Translations under genes and position numbers: made by a program | Notes under the pieces: model-generated | The model's input: the letters and a program-made list of their open reading frames with translations, nothing else | Databases searched by the model: none | What the model was told of the DNA's origin: nothing | Assembly: GCA_030141605.1 (NCBI GenBank) | Contig: JAQGDQ010000032.1 | Span: forward strand, 434,001-498,000 | Source of the DNA: Tubiluchus corallicola | Taxonomy: Eukaryota; Animalia; Priapulida | Direction of reading: 5' to 3' | DNA: 64,000 nucleotides | Part shown: piece by piece, positions 1 through 13,288 of the stretch | Layout: each line of letters opens with the position of its first letter | Numbering within the stretch: position 1 is the first letter of the stretch

Positions 1-29
1 TAACTTCTGAAACAAAATACAAACTTTAC

Positions 30-248
30 CCATACACCGCACATTCAGTGGAATAATATCATTATCATCATTGAATAGCCACTACCCAGTTTCTCTTTTC
101 TTTCTCTAAACATTCCGCATCGTCATCATCAGCAATGCCACCACGACACTGTCGTCCAAAACTAATGTTTTTTGTTGCACTACAACTTAACAAGCAACTT
201 AAAAATGGATAACTAAGTTTATAACTTTCAACAATCTTTTTTTTCATT
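30..248 (-). other. Candidate spliced exon (5'UTR or start-codon exon) of a gene extending left of the window
   Basis: Minus strand reads ...tttgtcctttaagcttgcAG|AATGAAAAAAAAG...GTGTATGG|GTAAAG. It ends ATG-G at a good donor and contains a short upstream ORF. No homology recognised. Confidence 0.3.
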
Positions 249-3200
249 CTGCAAGCTTAAAGGACAAATCCTTCTTCCTTCCTTTCTTGATTAGAAAATG
301 AAATGAAATAAAAACGCCGATTATTCCGCTAATCGGTCGCTATTAGTTCCTTAGCCCAATCTTTTGAAGCAATGACATTTTGACTCATTACCATTATTAC
401 TAAGTGTTTTGCTGACGATTGAAGGTGGTGTTGTACATAGTACACACAGTCATTGGTTTAAAATTAATTATTCCAGATTTTTGTTTATGAACTATAAGCG
501 ACGATAGCTACATAGCCTGAAATGTACCTTCTTTGTAAGCCAATAAGTTTGGAAAAGATCGAGAGAAGACATAGGTAGGCTAGCAACTTCCTAGATTTTT
601 AAATTTCGACCAACGAAGAAAAAATTCACTTTTGTTTATTTCCTGTGATTATTTTTTTCAATAATATTTATATAAAGCATAAATCAACATCATTGCCAAT
701 GTTTTAGCTTTGCTAAGTCCCCGTTTGCCAGTAAGGTTTACATGAAGCATTAGTAGCAAATGCCAATATTTTAGCTTACCTAAATTTTGATTTATAATGT
801 TGTATGTAAAACAGCGAGTCCAACCTCCAACTTAAAGAAAAACGCTGAAACTCAAAAATAAATGAACGAAACATTGCTTATTATCAAACGCAGTTATCAA
901 GTACATAATTTATATCATGTGCCTTAAGTTATTTACTGAATTATCGTCTGGCTTAATACAACAGATGGACGTTTTTAAGCCATTATTTGCGCATGGAATT
1001 AATGTACAACAGCAAGTATGACCGACTAGCTTGTGGTAAAGTTTTGGCACAGGGCCAAAATGCCAGCCGAATAAAAACAAACAAATAAGAAGTCATCTGA
1101 ACAAATATTTTTTACAAAATTTGTTTTAGCAGTCTTGTTAGTGCGCCACTTTTTTATCAAACACTAATTTTGTTTACAGCTAGTAGAACCTAGGATTGTC
1201 GTTAGTAGATACTATTCTAGATTGCCAATCAAAAATCGTAAAATGACTGACTGGTATGGTGCCATATTGTATGTCGCAGTATACATTGTATATTCAATTG
1301 CTTGTCAATTGTATGTATTTTAATGGCAATAAAGAATTTATCTATTTATCTAGTAATCAGTTTATATAATTATGTAATAATTATGTGTGCGGTTATTGTT
1401 GTGAGTAGGCCTATACAATTAAGGACAAATTCTCACTATATATACAGTGGCAAACATTGCAACTTATGTCTAATCCGATAATCGATTAAAAAATAAGAGA
1501 AGATACACTGGCAATCAGAAGAGAAATTTGCGCCGTCTACAGTAAAATTGAATGTGCCTTGCTTAAATCTGCGCTACGCACGTGACTTGAGCAACCAATT
1601 TTACATTATTTACGCAGAACTCGTTATAACGCGTGGTCATACTGAAAATAAAAACCATGTCTGCGTAGACACACATTCCTACAAAACACCAAACACTGAG
1701 TCGCTTATTTCTACCAGCATCTAGCAAATAGCTACAGCGCGCTTAAAAACCAAACTGGTTTTTTACATTTTTTTAACTCGCTCACAGCTTGTCACTGTAA
1801 CGTAATTTTGCACCTGGCTCAGCTAGACGGCAGCTGAATGGCTAAACTTGTTACCATTGAAACTTTCTGTTAACACAAGTGTATTCGCAAAACAGCAAGA
1901 CTGCCCTTACTATAATAATGAGATAATTAATAGCACGAATAAATTTCAAATGCTAACTGGAAGGTGACCCTAAGTAAGCCCCCCATAAATCTAAACTACA
2001 GAATGATGTGTCAACTCCCTACTGAGTACATATAACGTAATAAACTTAAGTGGCGTATGTATAGCTTAATAAATCCAAGCGACATATTGATAAATCGAAG
2101 TGCCGATATACAAAATCCTAATATAAAGTCTAGATATAAAGCTATGATTATTTATTCCATCACAAAGTTAATAAAATTCCACAACTGTAAACTTCTCAAG
2201 TCCCATTAACACAAAATTAATCTAGAATTACTCCATGATAATTAGTGAGTTTAATTTTAGTAATGCTGGTTACGTTCGGCTATTGATGGAGAATCAAAAT
2301 CAGCTTTGATTACAAGGAAGTGTTTCGTGTGTAGTTGTTAAGAAAGCTTGGTCTTTGCATATTTTACATTTTTACGTTGCCATATTTGGCTTTTCTTATT
2401 TGGGCTAAACAAACCAAACATTCAGGCAACTTTACTTGTTTTCCCCTGCACTGTCAAGAAGTATTTAGATATGAGATGCTCCAGCATGGCGGTCATGAAA
2501 TGTCCATCCGTTACTAGGCATAAATTGAAAAATAAAACTGTTCGAAATCTAAAGTAAAATCCGATAAAAATGGTTGAGTTACAAATTGAAAGCCGAAGCA
2601 TGGTCCCAAAAATGAGTGTGGTGTAGAAATATATATTTTGGTATTATCTGATGTACTATTTGTACAAGCTGTGAGTTAAACAATGCTAAGCATGATAAGT
2701 TATTTGGATGGATGACACCAAGGAAAATGCTTCATTTGATTTGCCATAATGCTGCCGGCTATTTGTCTCGTTGAATACAAATCCATGACTTAGATACCTC
2801 TGTGGCTCTGTCGTTTCACTGTTAGAGGAGTACCTTTGATAATTATAGATTTCAGTTCTGCTACAGCCATCCACGTGAAGTGAGTGTAGGAAATGGCTTG
2901 CTATTATATTGCCTTGCATGTAGAATGCATATACTGTAGTTTATTTTTCACAGGATGCAGAAAATAAGGCAAATCGGATGTTTTGGCAAAATTGTTAAGT
3001 TAACAAATTTAGAAAAAAAATAAAAAGCTTATATCCCATGTAACTTCTTGGATACCTTAACAAGTTTGACAAAAGGTTAAAAAATTCTGATGTCTTGTAT
3101 AATTAAGCCAAATGCAGAAAGAAAGCTACAGAAGAAAAACACCTAGTGCTCAACTGTAGAATTCAGCTGTCTGAGATTTCGAAAGATACGGTGCGTAAAG

Positions 3201-5564
3201 ACACACAACCAACCATTTCTCACATTATCGCTGTTTTCTAAGTGCCGCAGTTCTCGAACATGCACGCCATCTATCCAAGCAAATCAACAAACTTACATCA
3301 TTCTGTCAAGCCAAATTTCTAGACTGTGTGGGGGGGGGGCATCAAGTGATACAAATAAAAAGAACGTTTTTATATTGATTGTTCTTAAATTTGTCAGATA
3401 TATTTGTGACATACTTGTGAAAAGGAAGCGCTATTGGTGGAAACAATGGACTCGAGTAGTGAAGTAAATTAAGACGGACAGTCAGAGAGCCAAATATACA
3501 ACAAATAACACGTTTCGCTTGATCTAACATTGCCAATTATAGCGCTTCTTAAAAATGCTTCAAGCGATTAGAGTGGAGACCCTTTAGAACTCTATACAAT
3601 GTTCATTCTTTTCTTGTTTATTATCGTCATGCCATTAATGTCGTACACGTTTTGTTAGTATTACATGCTATATATTAATATGCAAAATTTGTTGAATTAC
3701 ATTGTGTGTATATATTATGTGCGTTAATAATAGGCGAGTGAGCAAATCTTCATCCTCTGTAAACGTCTTTAATTATAAAATGCTGAACCTGCCAAACAAA
3801 GAGATTACCTTAATACTAAGCTCAGAGTTCGACCGAAAGGTCTGAGGAAAAATTTGTTAAATATGAAGACAACTATTTTGCTTAATCTAATTTTATACAT
3901 TAGATTAAGTGCATGAACGCCAACATATAGTCGAACAAAGAAAAACAACAAAAAATTACTTGAAATTGCAAATTTAAAATTCTTGCATAATCGAATAATA
4001 ACATATTGTGCGTGTAAATCATTTCATCAAATGCTTTCCCAAGAGAACCGCTATATCTCTAGCCCGAAACCCACCCAGCCTCCCAAAACGGGCGAGTAAA
4101 ACCCGGAACAAAGCGGAGCGACGCCGCGTGCGTTTCGCTCCAGGTATCTTACTGACCTGCATCTGCCCAAGCGAAACTCGTCCGTACGAACTAGTGTACC
4201 TCACCTGCTATACATTCCACAATACCGAGCGTCTTCCCGCCCCAAGGCAATACCGTTACATTAACATGTACATAAACCTGACAAAGAGCTAAAAGCAGGG
4301 GGTGTTTTAAATTTCAATGTGTGATGTTCTGCCAATGGTTATTATATCTTACGTGGATCTGAAGTAAATTGGTGAAAAATGCTTTTCCTTACAAAGAAAG
4401 AGAAAAAACCGAATCACTATACTAACCGTAGCAGTTCACTAATAAAATCCCTATTTTTGTTTATGTTAATTGAGGTTAATAACATGTTCTCAGAATGAAA
4501 TACCATTAATAACACTTTCAACTTATTACGTAGCAGCGTGTTTATCATCCACATTAGGATTAAAACATGATAACCACGCATACCACGTTTTGCTAAAGAC
4601 GAAAATGTTAAGTATTGTGCAAAAATTTCTAGTTCTTGTTTAACAGTTTTCCCTTGCTTGCCCACTTACACAGTCTTTATTACAGGGCCAATCGACGGTA
4701 CTTCTAACGTCTTTTATTCCAATCCTTACCGTCCCCCCTTTCACCTGGTCTCACCAATTCATTTTTGAAAATAAAAGTTCTGAATTTAAAGGGCTTCTAC
4801 GGTGGTTTGAAATGTTTCCTGACATGACACTCAGACACAATCTATCTGCGGCTTTCTCATTTTCTCGATGTACCCAGAATAAGGAGAGCAACAACTGACT
4901 AGGGTTCTCGGATTCTCCCACTTCATCGCTTTGCCATTCCCAAAATCAAAATACGGCAGGCTATAACATCGATTTGAAATGTAGTAACTCAAAGCAGAAC
5001 ATAAATAAAATCAAAAGCATGTCCAAAAATGCTGTTATTTCAATGTAAACGTATGGCGTAAGCACATCGAACTACAAATAAGGTTATAGTACAGTAAAGA
5101 AAAACGTATAGCAACAAAGGTTTTTTTCCTAAAATTGGAATTCAACTGTAATCAAAAGCAACTTGGAGTAGTAGTAGCTACATGGTTCACCTACTAAAGG
5201 CTGGCCGCATTAATGCACCCAAGTATAACAAAAACATGTTAGTGTTGCCTAGAGTGTACATCACGACAACAGAAATACAGTATTGTATTCTTCCTTATTA
5301 CCCCTCTATTTAGTATTCTGCGTGGTTTTCCTTCACAACCGAATTGATTAAATTATATTCAATAGTTCCATAACGCTAAAAAAACACTGATCAGTATTAC
5401 TGTTATACAATAATTTGTAAGTGAAGTGCTTTGTATGCCACGGGGGAATTTTCGAAAATTTTTAGTAGGCAACTGCAACAAATTTTTTATGACGACGCTA
5501 CTAAGAATCAAGGTGAAAGACATTTTGCCAAAATTATGCATAGTATTTTTCAGAAAATGAGAGC

Positions 5565-5732
<168 letters not shown>

Positions 5733-6371
5733 GAGCTGTTTTCTTATAATGTCATGATTTTAATCTATTTATTTGTTTATTCTAATCTTTCTTCATTAAT
5801 TCGGGCCTTTTCTCTGTTTGTTCTGGCAGTAGTTGGACAGTTTGACGAATCGTTGAGTGACAGATGAGAGGCATGGAAGAAGGCAAGTACAAGTGCAGTA
5901 GGCTGGGGTGCACAATAAAAAGAGAAGACAAAAAAGTAATAGGTAAGTGAATGGTATAGGTAGATAGGAAAGATGGTTAATCAGTCGGTTAGTTTGTTGT
6001 TTCATATGTTAGCTGGCATTACCAAAAATCTCTGTACGTTATCACTCTTTTGGCTATGCTCCATAAATAGTGACGGAGTTATGATTACTGAATAGCTTCA
6101 GTTATTACATCACCTGCAACTAGCCAGCAATTTACTCACACCTAACCAACAAGCTTTACTTGAATGTGGGACGGGAAGGGTTTAATCAAAAAAGCAAATA
6201 GCGTCTAAACTAAACACTTTCCTCACCACAACAATGGGGGCACTTTTGCCAGCTACCTGTCACAGTAGGGTGAATCTGGTAGCCGGTCTATACAAGACTA
6301 ATTGTTATAGCTGCATAGGCACGTTAATTGTGTCAATTGTAGTGCAAGTGGTACGGCCAGGCCCGCCGCGA

Positions 6372-6395
6372 TGACCTACAGGTCAAATGAGGTCA
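6372..6395. promoter_or_regulatory. Composite nuclear-receptor response element (ER2 + DR4)
   Basis: TGACCT-ac-AGGTCA-aatg-AGGTCA: three perfect AGGTCA half-sites within 24 bp, in a GC-richer patch. Confidence 0.55.
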
Positions 6396-7869
6396 GTGCC
6401 GAGATAGATAATCATCTGTCAGCTATGTACGTATAATGCCGTAAGGCTGGTTAAAGAAAACCCGTTAATGTAACGGGAAATGCTGAATTCGCATGAAAAA
6501 TCTCTAGTAAGGTTATACTGCACTTATTACGAAATTTATTGAATTCTTTGGATTCAGACAAAAAGACAAACTAAATTCTTTGGTCGAGTTTCCGTCGAAA
6601 AATTTTATTTAAATCTTACACTTTAGGAAAAAATAATTTCAAAAGTTTACTGTATAAAATAGTGCGTGTAAGAAAAAAATCTAAGAAACGTTTAAGACCT
6701 TATATGAAAAATATATCTAATAATTTGAACACTGGTCTCAGACGGAATGTCTGTCAAAATTTGACAACTACTTATAAAACTTACATAAACTTAACACTTT
6801 TAAGTTTTATAAAAAAGTTGATGACTGACAATCAAGTGCACGGTCCATACGAATACATACAATAGGTTGTCGCTTTCACTGTTGGCCTATTAAGTCGGGT
6901 TTGCGCTCGTCATCAGCGCTAGTGCGACCTATTTTAGGCCTCGATGACCAGTTTTTGATGCTCTACGAAATAGAAAACGAGCACAAGGCATCATTTTCAC
7001 TGTATCAAACAGAATTAAGGCCAAGTTTAGACTCAAGGCGCGACCACGAATTTGTGATTTGAGCACAAAGTTGAAAGTGTTCCAGAAAGTTATTAGATCA
7101 TCTTGCCAATACCGAAACCAGTACGGATGGCTGTTAGTGGCACATATAACTGCTATCACTATCTTTGGCCTATTAATTTTCATTTCACGAACATTTGGTA
7201 ACCATTCAGACTCGCAAAATGGAAACTAGTGGTTGGAAATTTTGAGAATTTTGTAATTTAAACAACTTAAATGTACTCAAAACATTAACACTAAAAATAG
7301 ATGTTAATTCATACTAAGTAGTCAAACGAATCATATATATGTATTATTATGAGGAAAACTCGAGAACTGTTTCAAAGAAACTAACCAAAAGCCTTTTTAT
7401 TGTGTTAAAATCTTTTAGAACACGGTATTTTATTCACGATATTTCAGCTGTTAAGAGATGCAGAACAGCTAAATCAATCAACTAGTAGAAACAACTATTT
7501 ACATGTACTTTGATTCATGTGCTAGTTTAATTAATCAAAAACCAAACGTTTACTTCGGCCTGTCATGTAAGAATACTTTAGAACAGTTAGTTTTTTATTT
7601 TATTGTATTTTATTCAAGAACATTTAAAAAATACATATTTATAAAAGAAAATGGCAGCAGGCATGTAACACATATGGTAACCATAAAGCACAATATAAAA
7701 TAATTTACAATACATTTACAACCACAGTTATAAATCAAATACTTGTTGTCTAAAAATTATCATTAAACGACAAAACTTTAAAAACTTAAACGGAGAGAGA
7801 CTACAGTAAATAAAAAAGCAGGCATTCAAATAAAGTCATTAGTAACTCATGATAAATGGTAATGAATTA

Positions 7870-9000
7870 TTGAAGGAATTGTGTATGATCGACTTTTCAC
7901 CTTTCTAACGGAAAACAATAGACTGACCGAGCAATGACATGGATTCCCAAGCCAGAATTCACCTGTTATAAAGCTAAGGACGAAGGTAGGTTACCTCGAG
8001 TACTATTTCTTGACGTAAAAAGGCTTTTGATACAATCGGACCATACTATTTTCTGCAAAAAATTAAAATCTTACGACTTGTCAAACTTAAAACAGTACAG
8101 TGGTTTCAATTACACTTGTTGGAGTGGTATCAAAGGGTAATTGTAAATGAGCACGTATCTGAAATTATCCAAACTGAAGTAGGAGTCCTTCAATGTTCTG
8201 TTTTAAGGCCTCTACTTTTTCTAATGTTTATTAATGATTTGTCAGTGATTTGCAAAAATTCCAACGCATTTATTTATGCCGATAATACTGCTACCATGGT
8301 TAATGGGAAAGCAGCTGATCAAATCTCACGAACACTCTCTTCAGAACGAGCTTTAGCTTCAAACGGTTAATAATAACATGTGTCTCAATAATAGCAAAAC
8401 GAAACGTATGCCATTAGATTCCCAGCAAAAGCTACGTACTGGCCCTGCATTAAAAATTAACTTGCATAATGAACTCATTCCTTGTGTAAACTCAACTAAA
8501 TACCAAGGCGTTATACTTAATTCTTCACTAAATGGAATAGCAAACTGCATGATGCAAAAACAACCAAAATTGCAAATCAGGCGTTTATTGTTGCTCATTT
8601 TGATTATACTGGTGTTGTATGGCGTAGAACTAATAAAACTTGTCCATGTTTCCTGAATACTTTTACAAAACCTGTCGAAGCATTTCACTATGAAATTACT
8701 TTACTCCCAACTGTATCCTGTACTGAAGAATCAAGATTAAAATGGTTATCTCTGTTAGTTAGATATGACTTACATTTACTACTTAATAAATTTATAAATA
8801 ATTGGGCTCATGTTTCTCTAACGAGTAAACCGGTCAGGGGAGAAGAAATTCATCAAATTGAAGTCTATCGAAAGCTAAAACAAATTTTGGCAAAAGTAGC
8901 TTCCCATACTGCCTCTTCTTTGCGGAATTCTATCCCAAAGAATTTCGTCATTCCTCTAAACTAGCCAGTCTCAATTTAAAAAAACATCTGTTCCAAAAGT
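7870..9000 (+). mobile_element. Decayed non-LTR retrotransposon (CR1/L2/Jockey-like) reverse transcriptase fragment
   Basis: Frameshifted RT motifs: VLFLDVK..., QRVIVN...GVLQCSVLRPLLFLMFINDL (from GVPQGSVLGPLLF), FIYADNT (from YADD), LNNSKTK, KYQGVILNSSL. Confidence 0.85.
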
Positions 9001-11199
9001 GCAAATGTTCAAGAATGTGTATAACTTTACTTTTAATTTAATTTTATTCTGTATTTATGTGTGACTTCTAACGACTTATGTCTTGTATCGAGTTATATTT
9101 AATAGGCTAATTATAAAAATAAATACATTAAAAAGTTGTCTTAGTGTTAGTAAACCATAAGTTTGACGTACAGTGTTTCCATTGGCATACCTAACGGCTC
9201 TAACTTTAAGAAACCTTAGCACTATATGTATTTATATATACATATATGTAAATATATGTATACATATATACATAATATATATACATATATTACTTTCCTT
9301 TTGACCATTCCGCCCCCCCCCACACACACACAAAAAACGTTGCGAATGGCACAGACAAAATTCTTCTAAAAACATAAATTCAGCGATAACGAGGTACAGC
9401 AAAGAGACAAGACAAAATTACGAGTAACAAATACTCAAAACTGGCCGACTGGGACCTTTCACACAGGAAAACTAGTTTTTTCCATTCAACGCAGGCGCTA
9501 ATTTTTCACTGAGATGCATACCGCGGCATCTGCCGTAACCTTGACCAAAGAATGCATATCAGGAGGGTTTTTTCGCGCGTGATATTGGATCCCATGAAGG
9601 TTTGGAGGCATCAAAATGCTTTAATATATAATGCTCTATAGGAAATATGCCTCCATTGATGGAGTGTACCACTGATGTAAAAACATCAGACTGCTTACCC
9701 TATATAGCAAGCCGCTTGCTTCGTCGTACCACAATAACAAATTGACAGTTGTACAAGGTGCCAAACAAAATTAAGCTGGTCAGCATTACAAAAGCTTAAT
9801 CTCAATGACGTATAATAACAGCAAATGTGCTGCACTGCTGTACGCATCAGAACTTTAAGTACGGAATATAACAGCAAAGGTGTCTGTGCAGCATTTTCTT
9901 GCTTTTTACACAAGTACACGACTAGTTGTCTAAATGAGGTAGTGCATTCCCAAACACTATACTTAATTATTTTAAAATGGTTGCAACATCCTATAGGTCA
10001 GCCTTTTATTTAAAATTTTAGCTAGGTAGCATCGTGGTTAGAAATAGGATTAGTTCTCAAACTAACTTGTTATGACTACCGAATGATAACGTAGGTAAAG
10101 TCAGGTGGACGGCTATCAATAACAAAAATATTAGTGATAATTCACGAGAGCATTGGAAGCTTCACCAACACCATAGCGCTAAATTGCATAACTCTGTGCC
10201 CATTTCACTGCATTGCGTAACGTGATTACAACCACGCTGCTAATTATTGAATTCGAATTAATACTCGCACACATTTCACCTGCCAATTAAACGCCTAAGA
10301 TGAAGGACAGGTGGCCAATATGCAACCCGTCCACCCACCTCCCCCATCAGGTGAGCCTGTTGCTGGTTTTCGATTATGACAGTTTTACAAGCGTGTATTA
10401 TAGTGTTTTGCTACAGTAAAAACTGGTTTAGACCACTGTAAGCACAGTGTGTGCATGGCTATGCAGGAAGTAGCCAAACCTAACAGATGTAGTAAAGCGA
10501 TTACAATAATTCCATTTGATAGGTGACAACAATAACTGTGTCAAACTAATGAAGGAATCTTATTAATCACGTGGAATGGAAAGAACTGCCATTTCCAAAA
10601 GATGTTTTCAAAAAAAGTCAGGCGAAATCTTTGATTACGTGAAGTACAGGAGTGTAAGTGATAATCGTAGCGACGACATGTATCTTAGATATTCATAGAT
10701 TTCCAACAGCTACATACTCTCGGGCGTCTTATATAGGAAATTCCCTGCAAAAATTATTTCTTGGTAACTGCAACCTAACTGCATGCTTCAAGAAAAACTA
10801 TTCTGTTCTATAAGAATCCTACTTTTGAGCCTGTAAAGCCCCGTATTAATACATTCACTTTTCTATTTATCTCGAGTGATCACTGCTTCTTTGGGGCGAT
10901 TTGTTAAAAAAATGTCTCATTATTCATGTGCTAGAAAAATGCCCGCGTAATTTGGATTGCTTTGTGCTATCGCCTCTGGTGTTATTGCTTCTTATTCTTA
11001 ATACTGATAACGACCACACCATATACACAAAAGTGGTCAGCAACCATGTTTAATTCGCATCGGGTGAAGAATTTGCTTATCCTTACTGAGCCAATACATT
11101 ATTAGTACGGGAACCTAATATTTTTATAACAGCAGTATAGCATGTGAATATCAAACAGTCACGTAATCTGAAATTTTAATGCACAACAGTCATATTATA

Positions 11200-12290
11200 A
11201 ATATTATATTACATTATTTATTTGGACACAAAAGTACAAATCAAGGAAAGTAAAAAAAAGCACATAAAGAACATAAAAAAGCATATGAACAATATTAAGC
11301 CTTCACTAGCGTGCCAAGGCCAGTAACAGGGAACTTAATCCCCAAACAGCAAGCTGCTGATCGCCCATACTATTGAAGTGAACATGAGAATCAGTGAATA
11401 TAAATGATCGCAAAAACGGATAAAGTGTACAATAATCAGAGATGAAACTCGAAGAAATCAGATATAAAACGCACTTGAAAATAAATTGATTAAGAAAAGT
11501 AGAAAATGTATGAAAACCACCGTGAAAGTAAAAAACCGTTAAAATAACAACTAACTGCCTTATTCGTACCTAAGTAAAAACATATTCGTTATTCATGTAG
11601 TAACTTACAGCTTTGCAGCTTTGCTCCAGACAGTGTCTGCCTTCCTTTACGTCGCTAGGAAGCTCATCCATAAGCGCTGAAACCGATTAAAAAGGGATGC
11701 CCGTAAAGAAGTTGTACGATTGTTGTTATATTACAGGCGGTCTGAAAGACGTGAGGTTCTGGAGAAGGTTCAGCGGTGGTCAACTAGTTGGAAGAAACTG
11801 CTGTTAAATGCTTTATCCAAATACAACCGAGAATAAATCTCCGCGCCATTTTATCCTCATTAATGAAAAAAGCATTTCAAACAATCATTATAAATGTCAA
11901 ATAGTCATTTAGTCATATAGTCATTATAAATAGCAGGGTCATGTATCTGGTAACCTTTCTCTAGACGGACTTAATTTTATTGGATGAACAGGTAGTATGT
12001 GGTGACCATACAACTGCACAGTATTAAAATATTGGCCGCACAAGTGCATAGTAAAGTTTAATAAATGTCTGCACATTTCCGGCTTTACAAGTTCTAAAAA
12101 CGAAACCTAATAGCCGCCTAGCACGAGAACTAATATTGTTCATATGTGGGTTCCATGACAGATCATTTGAAAAATGCACGCCGTAACTGTTTGTGTAACC
12201 ATTGTAGAGGAGTATTAAATCTTGACACAGAAATGTGTGATAAAATATGCTTAAACGAAAAACCGTCACTGCCAAATCTGTTTTGATTTA
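11200..12290 (-). mobile_element. 5'-truncated CR1/L2-type LINE (RT C-terminal region and 3' tail)
   Basis: ORF 12024..12275: YGVHFSNDLSWNPHMNNISSRARRLLGFVFRTC...KLYYALVRPI, continuing after a frameshift as CAVVWSPH. AATAAA and a simple-repeat tail lie near 11200-11225 on the minus strand. Confidence 0.8.
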
Positions 12291-12447
12291 GCCCATAGAA
12301 TTTTAAATGACTGTTATAAAGCTCATTATTAAATTTGAGCTTTTGATAAACTGGTAACTGGAACCAGTAAGTCGAAAGTACTTTCGTCCTGTTCCCTTAT
12401 AAACGGCTGTCTTGCTGACCCATTAGGGTCATAAGATACTACAACAC

Positions 12448-12556
12448 CCACTATTACTACTTTTACTACTACCACTATCACTACCACTACCAGTACTGCT
12501 ACCGCTACCGCTACCGCTCTACTACCATTACCACTACCACTACCACTACTACTAGT
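12448..12556. repeat. (CTA/CCA)n degenerate trinucleotide repeat
   Basis: Directly visible. Confidence 0.85.
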
Positions 12557-13152
12557 ATGTACCGACGACTGACATACTACGATTAAGTGTTATGTACTAA
12601 AATGTAAAAATGCCAGACACTTAGGAATAGAAAGACGCAAAAAGCTATCAAAGGGAAACCAACGAGAAATGGAATGCCTTGAACAACATCAAACTTTCGG
12701 GAAACTACGCATCTATATGCGTTCCTATCAAGACAAATTCTGCACACTTAACTTGTGCCACGGTCATTTGGTGCTCACTGTCCCTCACGTACACGTGAGA
12801 GTGACCAGAGCTTATCATCAGCTTCCTGTCATCTCTTCTCATATGTGAGCATGAAAACGTAAGAGTCCGTTATGTGAGGAAGCGTACGTATAAACAGTTT
12901 CCCCCTTTGCCGTGGATTTCCGTGTCAGTACTTTCAAAGCGTCTGTGTCTAAATTTAATGAAGTACTTTAGTGACGCCTGTAACTAATTAGTGACATTGC
13001 ACATTTTCTAACGGCAATCTCAAACTTGGCCCTAACCAACTGTTCCAATCAAAGATTAACACAACAAAAATACTGCGCAAAACTGTCGAATGTCCATTCA
13101 TTTGTAAGCACTGGGAAAGCAGATTTCTAACAAATCAAATTATTGGAAAGTA

Positions 13153-13288
13153 ACCATTACTACTATTACTAGTACTACCAATTCCACTGCTACTGCTACT
13201 ACTGCTGCTGCTGCTACTGCCACTGCCACTACCATTACTACCACCACCACCACCACTACTACTACGACTACGACTACCTCTACTACAG
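13153..13288. repeat. (CTA/CTG/CCA)n degenerate trinucleotide repeat
   Basis: Directly visible. Confidence 0.85.

Noticed and set aside
3820-3850. GACC-GAAA-GGTC hairpin next to CTGAGGA as a hammerhead
   Set aside because: The core boxes are not in a valid hammerhead order on either strand.
6884-6942. Minus-strand CTGATGA...CAAAC as a hammerhead
   Set aside because: There is no GAAA box and stem I cannot close; a simple fold-back repeat explains it better.
10736-10745. Perfect kappaB site GGAAATTCCC
   Set aside because: An isolated degenerate 10-mer with no supporting context.
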